NCBI GenBank assembly: GCA_965205975.1
Contig: OZ242195.1
Location: forward strand, 96,001-160,000
Source of the DNA: Candidatus Latescibacterota bacterium
Lineage (GTDB): Bacteria > Latescibacterota > UBA2968
Direction of reading: 5' to 3'
DNA: 64,000 bases
Shown here: positions 48,499 through 57,227 of the stretch, piece by piece
Numbering within the stretch: the first letter of the stretch is position 1
Layout: every line of letters starts with the position of its first letter
Position numbers and translations under genes: made by a program
Notes under the pieces: generated by a model
What the model saw: the letters and a program-made list of their open reading frames with translations, nothing else
Told to the model about the DNA's origin: nothing
Database searches by the model: none

Positions 48499-49476
48499 TT
48501 AACGATTTTGTGAAAAATAAGTTCGCTCGGGTTGGCCCGTTTCAGCAGATTTGTTTGCCGCGAGTGAAATATCGAGGCTACGCAAACCGTCTTCAAAGTC
48601 AGACAAGATTCCCGATCCATCTCCCGAACGAATTGCAGCCATAAATACTTCATCAATATCTTCCGATTCAAACATTTCGCCGACCTCAGCCGCACCGCCT
48701 GGAAATACAGTTACACCATTTCCATCGACGGTCGCTCGCATATCGCGCATGATGATATCAATGCCATTTGAGCCGCCGCCATTGCGGAGAACGCAGGTAG
48801 AACTCAGCGTGCCCACAGCACCATTTTCAAATTGGAGCGATAGAGCATATACATCGGGGATATCGAGATTTTCGACATCGTTCAATGCGCGGGTGGCATA
48901 ATACGCGTGTACTTCTGCAACATCGCCCACGAGGTAACGCAATAAGTCGATCTGGTGCGTGGTCTGTTCGACAATTTGCCCGCCCGACTGCGCCATGACG
49001 CGCCACCACGGCGTGCCAGGCAACCCGCCCCAGCGATAGGCCAGGGCCATGGCGACGGGCTTGTCTTTCAAAAATTCACGCCCTTGTTTTGCCCATCCCG
49101 TATATCGCTGTTGATAGCCGACAGAGGTCAGTACACCTGATTTTTGAACGGCTTGCAGAATTTCCAATCCCTTTTCCATTGACGGCACTACGGGTTTTTC
49201 CAATAACATGTGTACGCCCTGTTGCGCCGCCAAGATCTCTGCATCATAATGTGCAAATGTCGGCACGACCACATACATCGCGGTCAAATTTTCACTGTCC
49301 AGCATCACGCGATAGTCGGTGTAAGCCGTACCACCAAATTCTGAAGTTGCGCTTTGCGCCGTTTCTTCTTTTATGTCGCAAATTGCAACGATATCGACAT
49401 CTTCTATATTGGCTAACGCGCGCATATGAGACCGCGCACGTCCACCAGCACCCACAAAACCCACATTAATGCCCAT
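48499..49476 (-). CDS. Gfo/Idh/MocA oxidoreductase
   Basis: GFVGAGG, LLEKP, VGYQ and SGGQIVEQTTHQID motifs. Confidence 0.92.
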   Translation of the reverse strand: MGINVGFVGAGGRARSHMRALANIEDVDIVAICDIKEETAQSATSEFGGTAYTDYRVMLDSENLTAMYVVVPTFAHYDAEILAAQQGVHMLLEKPVVPSMEKGLEILQAVQKSGVLTSVGYQQRYTGWAKQGREFLKDKPVAMALAYRWGGLPGTPWWRVMAQSGGQIVEQTTHQIDLLRYLVGDVAEVHAYYATRALNDVENLDIPDVYALSLQFENGAVGTLSSTCVLRNGGGSNGIDIIMRDMRATVDGNGVTVFPGGAAEVGEMFESEDIDEVFMAAIRSGDGSGILSDFEDGLRSLDISLAANKSAETGQPERTYFSQNR

Positions 49477-49491
49477 TTATATCCTCCATTC

Positions 49492-49573
49492 AAAAGGTGA
49501 GAGGTAAAAGGTAAGACGTAAGAGGTCCTCCCAACCATACACCAATAGGAACACCTCACACCTTGTATTCTCT
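49492..49573. repeat. Heptamer tandem repeat x5 with a degenerate inverted array
   Basis: aaaaggt gagaggt aaaaggt aagacgt aagaggt ... acctcac accttgt attctct. Confidence 0.7.
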
Positions 49574-49648
49574 CGTTCAAAAATAGACTGCATGACGGAA
49601 CGTGTCAAGAGGTACGCCCATTATTAAGCTGTGTTGTGACAAATTGTA

Positions 49649-51394
49649 TTATTTTTTTACCACTGGACCTGTAGGCGCTTCCTTGCTGTACAATGTACTG
49701 CCTCGCTCGTAAGACGAGACGACTGAACCGTCGGCAATTTCCAATCTGGGTACGTTTTTTTCGAATACATCGCGGTCGGGTCCGCGCATGACTGCCATCT
49801 GTTCGTCGGTCATGCCCGAGACGAGATCGCCCCACCGTTTTTCTGGATGGGTCAATTCTCCTCCGCTGCGATTGAAATTGCGCGATGAGTATTTGTGCAA
49901 AATTCCCCGCCGCGAGATGTCGCTTTTCCACGCCAATGTGCCATGTGTGGTGCCTCCGTCCATGAAGAAGAGCACATCGCCCGCTTTCATTTCGACGTGT
50001 TTGACCAATCCCATGTGGTCATCGCAGGTGCGCACGCCCGGGGGGAGTGAATAATACGCTTTGTGCGATCCCGGCACACACGCAAACCCACCGTCGGCTT
50101 CGGTCACGTCGCGCAATTGCCATGTCACAGTTACGGCTTCGCAATAGCTTCGCCCATTTTGATAGATATATCCGCGCCCTGGATTGAGTGGCTCATTGGA
50201 GTCGTGCAGGGAATGGCCCGATGTGCCTTTGACCGCACAAAATGCCGTTCCTCCGCCCGTGCGACCACCACTGGCACCCATCCAGTTTAGCCGATGTTCA
50301 ACGGCCGGATGGGCGAGCATTCTTCGAAATGGGTCACAATGGGGACCGGGCAACTGAGTCAGTCCACTTAACAGGGGTCTGCCCGTGCCCGCGAGGCTTT
50401 TTGACCCGCGTGCGAGTTCGTCGCCAACGACGATTCGATCTTCAAATTTGTCAATGGCGGCATTGGCCTGTGTCAGCCATTCACCATCCATGATCCCGCG
50501 CAGTACCAGGTACCCGTTTAAGTCCCAAAAGTAAAATTCTTTTTCGTCAATGCCCGAATTTGGATTTTTAATCAGGTAAGATGGGTGAAAAATTTCGCGG
50601 GATTCGTCCAATGTGATTGTCTCGCCATCTGTTTTCAAAGTCGGTGGCGGCGTTGTATTGCGATATCCGGGGCGATATAGTGATGCGCGCTGTTCAGGTG
50701 TTAGTTCTGCCATTGAGTCGGATACTGGCATTTTATCTGATTCAGGGCTAGGTCCCGCAGAACGGATCACACCGCGGCCTACATATTCGTAGGATAGTAA
50801 GCGTTGCAGTCCCTCGCCTTGCCACGGACGCATGCCCTGTACTACGCTCAGGCCAACGATGAGCATATCGCCCGCTTTTAATTCGGGTTGAAAAAGATAA
50901 TCCGAGTCATCTACACCGGTCAATATATCTTCTGGTGTTTCCACATTTGACTTGTGTGTACACGGTACGAATACAAATCCGCCGTCGCCAGCTTTTACGT
51001 CCGAGAGTGCCCAGATTACGCGCACGCCTTCGCAAAATCTTCGACCGTTCTGGTAATAATATGCGAGTGCGGGATCTCGCGGCTCATTGCCACCTGCCAG
51101 GGGGGCAGAGGTGTCACAGGTTTCGTTACACAGAATTTCGGGGGCGCGGTCGAGCCTGAAACCGTGTCCCACAATTTGATTCAGATACCACACGAGTTGG
51201 GGATGGATCAACAAATCGCGGAATGGCTCGCGCAAATCATCTTCCCATCCGAGCATGCCCTCGAGCGATCCCGCCCGATCAATCGCATCGTTCAACCGCG
51301 CGACTTCGGGACGGGTCAGGACCCCCGATATATGCAAATAGCCCGTTAAATCAAAGGCGTAATTCTCTTCGTTTGTCATCGTTTCCCGGTCCAT
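49649..51394 (-). CDS. Tandem two-domain PhyH-family dioxygenase
   Basis: Two homologous halves (Y.FDL.GYL...PFR..L.HP...NGR..CE...GGF..VP..HK...KAGD); AGGAGG RBS. Confidence 0.85.
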   Translation of the reverse strand: MDRETMTNEENYAFDLTGYLHISGVLTRPEVARLNDAIDRAGSLEGMLGWEDDLREPFRDLLIHPQLVWYLNQIVGHGFRLDRAPEILCNETCDTSAPLAGGNEPRDPALAYYYQNGRRFCEGVRVIWALSDVKAGDGGFVFVPCTHKSNVETPEDILTGVDDSDYLFQPELKAGDMLIVGLSVVQGMRPWQGEGLQRLLSYEYVGRGVIRSAGPSPESDKMPVSDSMAELTPEQRASLYRPGYRNTTPPPTLKTDGETITLDESREIFHPSYLIKNPNSGIDEKEFYFWDLNGYLVLRGIMDGEWLTQANAAIDKFEDRIVVGDELARGSKSLAGTGRPLLSGLTQLPGPHCDPFRRMLAHPAVEHRLNWMGASGGRTGGGTAFCAVKGTSGHSLHDSNEPLNPGRGYIYQNGRSYCEAVTVTWQLRDVTEADGGFACVPGSHKAYYSLPPGVRTCDDHMGLVKHVEMKAGDVLFFMDGGTTHGTLAWKSDISRRGILHKYSSRNFNRSGGELTHPEKRWGDLVSGMTDEQMAVMRGPDRDVFEKNVPRLEIADGSVVSSYERGSTLYSKEAPTGPVVKK

Positions 51395-51506
51395 GTCAGC
51401 CTCCTTGACCTCGATTTACCTGTTTGCCTGCCGGTATGCAGGCATGAATGTGGCGGTTTATTCATGAAATGTTCAAATTGATGCAAAAAACAAGTATAAA
51501 ATGAAA

Positions 51507-51534
51507 CCCCTCTTGACCGATTGCTTGACGCATC
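51507..51534 (+). repeat. Direct repeat copy 1 (about 28 bp), contains TTGACG
   Basis: CCCCTCTTGACCGATTGCTTGACGCATC; copy 2 at 52577-52606. Confidence 0.75.
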
Positions 51535-51551
51535 CTCAAAACTATCTATAC

Positions 51552-51587
51552 AAAAAAACTGCCCATATAAATAGAAATGGGCAGTTT
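51552..51587 (-). terminator. Intrinsic terminator
   Basis: AAACTGCCCAT-N10-ATGGGCAG followed by T7 on the minus strand. Confidence 0.8.
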
Positions 51588-51610
51588 GATGATTCATTCT
51601 GAAGTACAGT

Positions 51611-52408
51611 TTAGTTTCTTTTTTCGGGAATGCTCCCTTCCTTAATCATGCGATTTTCTGGAGGGGCAGGTCGCTCCGGTGGGGTCGATGGTGGGGGATT
51701 TGCTGGCGAATTAGATGGTGGGGGATTTGCTGGCGAATTAGATGGTGGGGTACTCTCGCGGTTCATCGTTTTTTCCTCCAATGAAGAAATTTCATGAAAA
51801 TTATCTATTCGAATCCGGTGGATTTTTTCTGGTTTATTAAGATCCGCATACAGGAAAGGCACGCTACACACCAAGGCACTACATAGCGTAAAAATAAGAA
51901 ATAAATTGGCCGAATGCAACCTTTCAGATTTTGAGTCATTATTCCAGGTATTTTCATTTGTCGCTGAAATATACTTTTGGGACAAAAATTCTTGGAAATC
52001 TTGTTCCGCTAACTCCTCAGGTTCTGGATAGTCCTTTTCCCTGGGTTCTACACCATAATATTCCTCTAAAGACTTATAGTAATCAGATAAATTTCTATGA
52101 TGCTGAAGCAATTCGTCGTAGTAGGTTTTGAGCTCTCCAGGTGTCTCAATAAAAGCGTACGTGCGTCCATAAAAAGATCGTATAAGATGGTAAACGGCTT
52201 TTAAAAAGAATATCGTTGATATCCCTAAAAAAAGTAAAAAAATGAACGTGGTAGGAGTTGAGAAATCATAGGGAAATTCTTTTACAAAAAATCCTAATAG
52301 ACCCCCCAAAACAATTAAAACTCCTGTGGGTAAATTGAGGGATGTTCTGAGTTGATTTTTGCGTTCTATTTCCAACAAATACTGATCTTTGATAAAATCA
52401 AAATCCAT
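51611..52408 (-). CDS. AT-rich hypothetical membrane protein (3 TM) with Pro-rich tail
   Basis: Two N-terminal and one C-terminal hydrophobic segment; N..NN..KS motif; PPSNSPANP repeats. Confidence 0.75.
   Translation of the reverse strand: MDFDFIKDQYLLEIERKNQLRTSLNLPTGVLIVLGGLLGFFVKEFPYDFSTPTTFIFLLFLGISTIFFLKAVYHLIRSFYGRTYAFIETPGELKTYYDELLQHHRNLSDYYKSLEEYYGVEPREKDYPEPEELAEQDFQEFLSQKYISATNENTWNNDSKSERLHSANLFLIFTLCSALVCSVPFLYADLNKPEKIHRIRIDNFHEISSLEEKTMNRESTPPSNSPANPPPSNSPANPPPSTPPERPAPPENRMIKEGSIPEKRN
51687..51750. repeat. 27-bp coding tandem repeat (two full copies plus a partial)
   Basis: GATGGTGGGGGATTTGCTGGCGAATTA x2 + GATGGTGGGG. Confidence 0.95.
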
Positions 52409-52576
52409 TCCTATAGATTTCCTCACCTAAGAACATTAGTATGGTTTAGAAGCTATTTTAAAATTTCTAACAGCGCAGACACTACCTGATGCCCAGTGTG
52501 GTGACTTTTCAGTAAATAATACGAGAGAAGGCAGTTCAATGCAACCTTGGATTCTTCATGGAAAGCCCAAACTGAG

Positions 52577-52606
52577 CCCCTTCTTGAACCGATTGCTTGA
52601 CGTATC
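52577..52606 (+). repeat. Direct repeat copy 2; its TTGACG is a likely -35 for the helicase gene
   Basis: CCCCTTCTTGAACCGATTGCTTGACGTATC, within TTGACG-N17-TACATT. Confidence 0.7.
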
Positions 52607-52690
52607 TGATGGGTCTTTGTACATTGCCCTAATTCTTTTTGTGAATACCATGACTGAGTAACTTCATTTGATGATTTAAGGACACTATTT

Positions 52691-53572
52691 ATGACTACCC
52701 ATTCCGACCTCACATTCATCACAAATGAAAAAGGCCAAAATCTTCTTGAGCGGTTTAAGGTGCTGATCAAAGACACAGAATTTTTTGATGTCCTCGTCGG
52801 CTATTTTTATACCAGTGGTTTCCACGCGCTTTATCGATCACTGGAGAGAACGAAAAAGATCAGAATTCTCATCGGTATCAGCACGAATAGGCAAACACTC
52901 AATCTGATTGAGCAGGCACGCCAGCAAGAGCTTCAATTTTCCCACGCGGAGACGAAGGAGCATTTTTCCGATCTACTTATTGGAGAGATGGCAAATGTTG
53001 AAGATAACAAGAAGGTTGAACAAGGAGTGACAAAGTTTTTGGAGTGGCTGAAAATCGGAAAGTTGGAGATTAAGGCGTATCCCACGGAGAATATCCATGC
53101 CAAGCTCTACATCATGTCTTTCGGTGAGGACGACCGTGACGTTGGGCGTGTGATCACCGGGTCGAGCAACTTCACGCAGTCCGGCCTGGTAGATAATCTT
53201 GAGTTCAATGTAGAACTCAAGATGCGCTCCGATTATGACTTTGCCAGGCAGAAGTTTGAATATCTCTGGGGAAATGCTGTTGATGTGAAAGATAAATATA
53301 TTGAGACCATTCAGAAAAACACATGGCTTAATAATGCTATTACTCCCTACGAGCTTTATCTCAAGTTTCTCTATGAATATTTCAAGGATGAGCTTCGCCA
53401 AACCGATGAAGTGATCTTCAAGTACATTCCAACGGGGTTTAAGCGACTGGAATATCAGGAACAGGCCGTCCTGAACGCAAAAAAGATTCTTGAAGAGTAC
53501 GGTGGGGTTTTTATTTCAGATGTCGTGGGACTTGGAAAAACTTATGTATCCGCCATGCTGGCAGGCCAATTG
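52691..53572 (+). pseudogene. PLD-nuclease + SNF2 helicase fusion, truncated by IS3
   Basis: VGYFY..GF, IHAKLY, ITGSSNFT..GL..N.EFN (PLD/HKD-like), then SNF2 motif I ISDVVGLGKT; cut a few codons later at the IS end. Confidence 0.88.
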
Positions 53573-53645
53573 TGGAGTTACCCCGCTTCGGTGGAGAGTT
53601 TAGGGCTTGTGTATCAAGCCTGTGATAGATGCAACTTTTCATAAG

Positions 53646-54107
53646 CTATCGGCGCATAGTAGGCGATGGAAGAATGCCTGCGATGCGGATTATACCATCC
53701 TTCCAAGTGGGTACATAAGTGATGTCAGCCACAGTGAGTTTATTGACCGTTGGCACAGTAAAGTCGCGCTTTACCAGATCAGGAGCCTTATCAGACCGTT
53801 GCGCCTTACGCGTCGTTTGCGTGCTCTTGCGGCGAGAAACGCCACAAATGCCCATCTCACGCATCAGACGCGCTACGCGCTTCTTACCTACAAGGATACC
53901 CATATCCATCAGGTCTTTAAAGATGCGAGGGGCACCATAGGTGCTATCTGATCGGGTATGAAAGGTCTTGATATGCTTCTTCAAGTCTGCATCAACCTTT
54001 GCTCGTTTAGAGGGTGGACCTGCTCGCCAGGCATAATACCCACTGAGGGAAACACCCAGGACTCGGCATTGCGTGGCGATAGGCCAAAGGGCCTGGTGCG
54101 CTTTCAC
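53646..54107 (-). pseudogene. IS3 OrfB transposase, DDE core deleted
   Basis: CRVLGVS.SGYY.W, TYGAPRI, RVARLMR and ADITY, then a jump to EGWYNPHRRHSS in another frame. Confidence 0.9.
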
Positions 54108-54418
54108 GAACGCGAAGATTTTCCAGGGATCGCGTCGGTCTCCGCTGCGAACCAGGCCGCTGCTTTTGACAATATCTCGCGCTCGATGCGCAACTGCTTA
54201 TTCTCACGTCGAAGACGACGTAACTCTTCGCGCTCATCGCTCTTCAGACCATCTTCTCGAAGGCCCTCATCTCGATCAGCCTGGCGTATCCAGTTTTGGA
54301 TCGTCTGAGCGGTTGGCTCAAACTCTTTGGCCAACTCGGATGGAGAGCGACCAGCGCGCACAAGCTCAACGATCTGGCGCTTCAACTCGGATGGATAAGG
54401 CGGACGTGTTGGTGGCAT
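54104..54418 (-). CDS. IS3 OrfA (HTH + leucine zipper)
   Basis: YPSELKRQIVELVRAG..TIQNW..ELRRLRRENKQLRIEREILSKAAAWFA; GTGA overlap with orfB. Confidence 0.92.
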   Translation of the reverse strand: MPPTRPPYPSELKRQIVELVRAGRSPSELAKEFEPTAQTIQNWIRQADRDEGLREDGLKSDEREELRRLRRENKQLRIEREILSKAAAWFAAETDAIPGKSSRS

Positions 54419-54473
54419 AGTGGGTCTCCTTTCTTACTACTCATAAGGTACCCACCGAAACGGGTCAAGTCCA

Positions 54474-54631
54474 TCAGAAAGTTACTACTTAAAGATGAGA
54501 AGTTTGCTCACATCCGCTACCTTGATCCTGAGAATCAAAAAAGCCAAAAGAAGCAACTCTATAATCCCAACATTCTGCAAGAGTTGGATAAGTATTACCG
54601 GAAGCATGAGAAGTCTGATAAGCGCTCGTGA
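54474..54631 (+). pseudogene. 3' remnant of an unrelated gene (resembles DUF3644-type C-termini)
   Basis: RKLLLKDEKFAHIRYLDPENQKSQKKQLYNPNILQELDKYY...* begins at the IS end with no start codon. The family resemblance is from memory only. Confidence 0.45.
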
Positions 54632-54821
54632 TTTCTTGCTATATTCGCTATGCGTAGTGTTATTATCTCCTGATCCGGAACTATGGGTATCTTGATAGTG
54701 CCGAAACCAAACCCATTATGAAAAACCAAAATGTAATCGGAAGATCAGCAAATCGTGGATCTGTGGACTTGATAGATATTGCTGAACAAGGTGTGGATGA
54801 ATAGTTTTGATAGGTATCACA

Positions 54822-56255
54822 ATGGCAAGGTCTCGTCCCAATATCGTACTTGTAATGTGCGACCAGATGCGCTGGGATGCGGCTGGTTTTGCGGGTAGTT
54901 CTGTTGTTCACACGCCCCATCTGGATCGTCTATCCGAGGGTGGTGTGTGCTTTGAAAATGCCTATTGCGCTTCTCCTGTTTGTTCGCCCGCTCGGGCGAG
55001 TTGGTTAACCGGGTGCTATCCCCATGCTCACTTGCAATTGCGAAATTACGGGCCACAACGAGGAAAAGACTGGGGGAGTTATCTGCCGCAGGACCGCGTT
55101 ACAATGGGGGATGTTTTGAAACGCGCGGGATATCGCTGTGGCATGGTTGGTCCGTGGCATCTGGGCGATGATCATGCCCCGCAACACGGGTTTGAGGATT
55201 TCTGGCAGACCTATCGATATCTCGGCGACGAATATACAGATCCTCTTTTCGATTATTTCGAACGCGAGGGGGTACCCAATCTCTACAGCGATAAGGAAGC
55301 CGTCACGCAATACGGAAATATTCTGGCGTTTACGACACTTACAGATCCGCGACAGCAGCGTACGACCTGGACGGTTGACCGCGCGATTGATTTTTTGCGC
55401 CAGCGAGAAGATGACCCGTTTTTTCTTTTTGTGAGTGTTAAGGATCCGCATCCCCTCATCGTTATCCCACCCGAATTGCTTGAACTCTATCCGGTAGATC
55501 AAATGCCCTTGCCTGATTCTCTGCGAGACCCACTTGAGGGTAAACCGGATTTTCAAACCCGCACAAAATTTCGCATGCCCAATACAGTGACAGATCGGCA
55601 GTTCCGCGAGATGATGGCGTACTATTACGCCCTGATCACCCATATTGATGCGGAGGTCGGGCGTCTGATTGGCGTTCTTGAAGAACAGAATATGCGCGAC
55701 AATACGCTCGTGGTTTTTATGAGCGATCACGGCGAACTGCTCGGCGATCACGGTTGCACAGAAAAGTGTCTGATGTACGAAGCCTCGGTCAGAGTTCCTT
55801 GTCTGCTTTCGTGGCCGCGTGCGCTCCCAATGGGTTTGCGCGTGACGACCCCGCTTGCCGGTGTTGATTTGATGCCGACTTTGCTCGATCTGGCAAACGA
55901 GGCGTTGCCCGAGAAAATCGATGGTCGTTCCGTTGCGGACGCGATCCTGAATGGTCGGCAGCCGAAACCTCAGCCCATTTTTGCCGAAATAGCCAGCCAG
56001 GAAGCCATTTATTGGGGGTCAACAGAAAGGGAGCAGTTTGCCGCGCATGTGATGAATTTCGATGGTCGCTGGAAGTATATTCGCAATCGTTTTGATATCG
56101 ATGAATTGTACGATTTAGAGACAGATCCGGGCGAAATGCAAAATCTCGCGCAGCTTTCCGAATATCAACCGCGCATTATAGCTATGCGCCAGCAAATCGC
56201 CGAGATGATTTGCCATACAGGCCCTGGTCCCTACGACTGGTGTTTGCAAGTGTAG
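54822..56255 (+). CDS. Cys-type sulfatase
   Basis: PNIVLVMCDQ, CSPAR, WHLG, DPHP and SDHGE motifs. Confidence 0.93.
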   Translation: MARSRPNIVLVMCDQMRWDAAGFAGSSVVHTPHLDRLSEGGVCFENAYCASPVCSPARASWLTGCYPHAHLQLRNYGPQRGKDWGSYLPQDRVTMGDVLKRAGYRCGMVGPWHLGDDHAPQHGFEDFWQTYRYLGDEYTDPLFDYFEREGVPNLYSDKEAVTQYGNILAFTTLTDPRQQRTTWTVDRAIDFLRQREDDPFFLFVSVKDPHPLIVIPPELLELYPVDQMPLPDSLRDPLEGKPDFQTRTKFRMPNTVTDRQFREMMAYYYALITHIDAEVGRLIGVLEEQNMRDNTLVVFMSDHGELLGDHGCTEKCLMYEASVRVPCLLSWPRALPMGLRVTTPLAGVDLMPTLLDLANEALPEKIDGRSVADAILNGRQPKPQPIFAEIASQEAIYWGSTEREQFAAHVMNFDGRWKYIRNRFDIDELYDLETDPGEMQNLAQLSEYQPRIIAMRQQIAEMICHTGPGPYDWCLQV

Positions 56256-56278
56256 ATAGCGCGCGAAAAGGAGGACTG

Positions 56279-57226
56279 ATGAGGGAATCAACAGATCTTG
56301 CGGAGGATGGTGCTATTCCATTTGAGGTGTTTGCGGGTTTTGAGCGGCTTGAGGATGTTAACCCTATCATTGCCTGCGAGCCGCCAGAGTGGGCAGCCGC
56401 AGCCCATGCATTTGTGATGGATGATACGGTGCACTATTTGTGGGGAAGAAGAAAAGAAGGCAATTATTGGGTTTTAATGCATAGCACAGCTCCGGTGAAA
56501 GATCCCGCAAAGATCGCGCACGATTCGCGCAATCCCGTGCTTTTGCCTTCGGGCGAGGGGTTTGACGATTATACAATCGAATATCCTTTTCCGTTTTGGA
56601 ATCCCGCCGATGGCAGGTTTTATGTTTATTATTTGGGGCGACGACAAAAGCCGCCAAAGCAGACTGGTCTATTGGTGGGCGATGGCGATTTTGGCAAGTG
56701 GACGCGCGTTTGTCAGACGCCTGTGATTGCCTCAGATACCGCGCATGAGCGGCAGGGTTCGTCGCATCCCTCGGTTGTGGTGGTAGATGATACCATACAT
56801 ATCATTTATACGGGGGAGTCGGCAGAGCCGCCGACCTTATGCCACGCGACCGCGCCGACAAGCGATCCCGCGGCTGTTACCAAAGATTCCGCAAATCCCA
56901 TTTTTACGGGTAGCGGAGAAATGTGGGATAGTTGTGGTGTCCGAGAGGCTGAGATTTTTAAGGGTCCACAGTATTTCCATCTCTTTTACGGGGGGTCCGA
57001 TGGCGAGGCCTGGCGGATTGGGCATGTGCGAACGCGCGATTTTCGCACCTTTGAACCCAATCCACACAATCCAATTTTTTCGCCCTCGCCAGATCCCGAT
57101 GCATGGGACTGCGACGGGATACTAACGCCTCAGGTGATTGAAATTGACAACCGCTACTACATGGTCTATGCGGGTATGCGGGGGCGTGAGTGGCAGACGG
57201 GACTCGCGGTAACGCGATCTGTATGA
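56279..57226 (+). CDS. Five-bladed beta-propeller glycoside hydrolase-like protein (GH32/43/130-type)
   Basis: Repeated NPVL/TPVI/NPIF blades with WD..G and Y..Y.G motifs; AGGAGG RBS. Confidence 0.72.
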   Translation: MRESTDLAEDGAIPFEVFAGFERLEDVNPIIACEPPEWAAAAHAFVMDDTVHYLWGRRKEGNYWVLMHSTAPVKDPAKIAHDSRNPVLLPSGEGFDDYTIEYPFPFWNPADGRFYVYYLGRRQKPPKQTGLLVGDGDFGKWTRVCQTPVIASDTAHERQGSSHPSVVVVDDTIHIIYTGESAEPPTLCHATAPTSDPAAVTKDSANPIFTGSGEMWDSCGVREAEIFKGPQYFHLFYGGSDGEAWRIGHVRTRDFRTFEPNPHNPIFSPSPDPDAWDCDGILTPQVIEIDNRYYMVYAGMRGREWQTGLAVTRSV

Positions 57227-57227
57227 C

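Larger units (their letters stand above)
53573..54473 (-). mobile_element. IS3-family element, internally deleted (901 bp)
   Basis: Terminal inverted repeats TGGAGTTACCCCGCTTCGGTGGA / TGGACTTGACCCGTTTCGGTGGG (18/23) with TG...CA ends; orfA plus broken orfB; no target duplication. Confidence 0.92.

Noticed and set aside
53573..53644. C-terminal WSYPASVESLG... of the 317-aa helicase ORF
   Set aside because: This is read-through into the IS3 end, not native helicase sequence.
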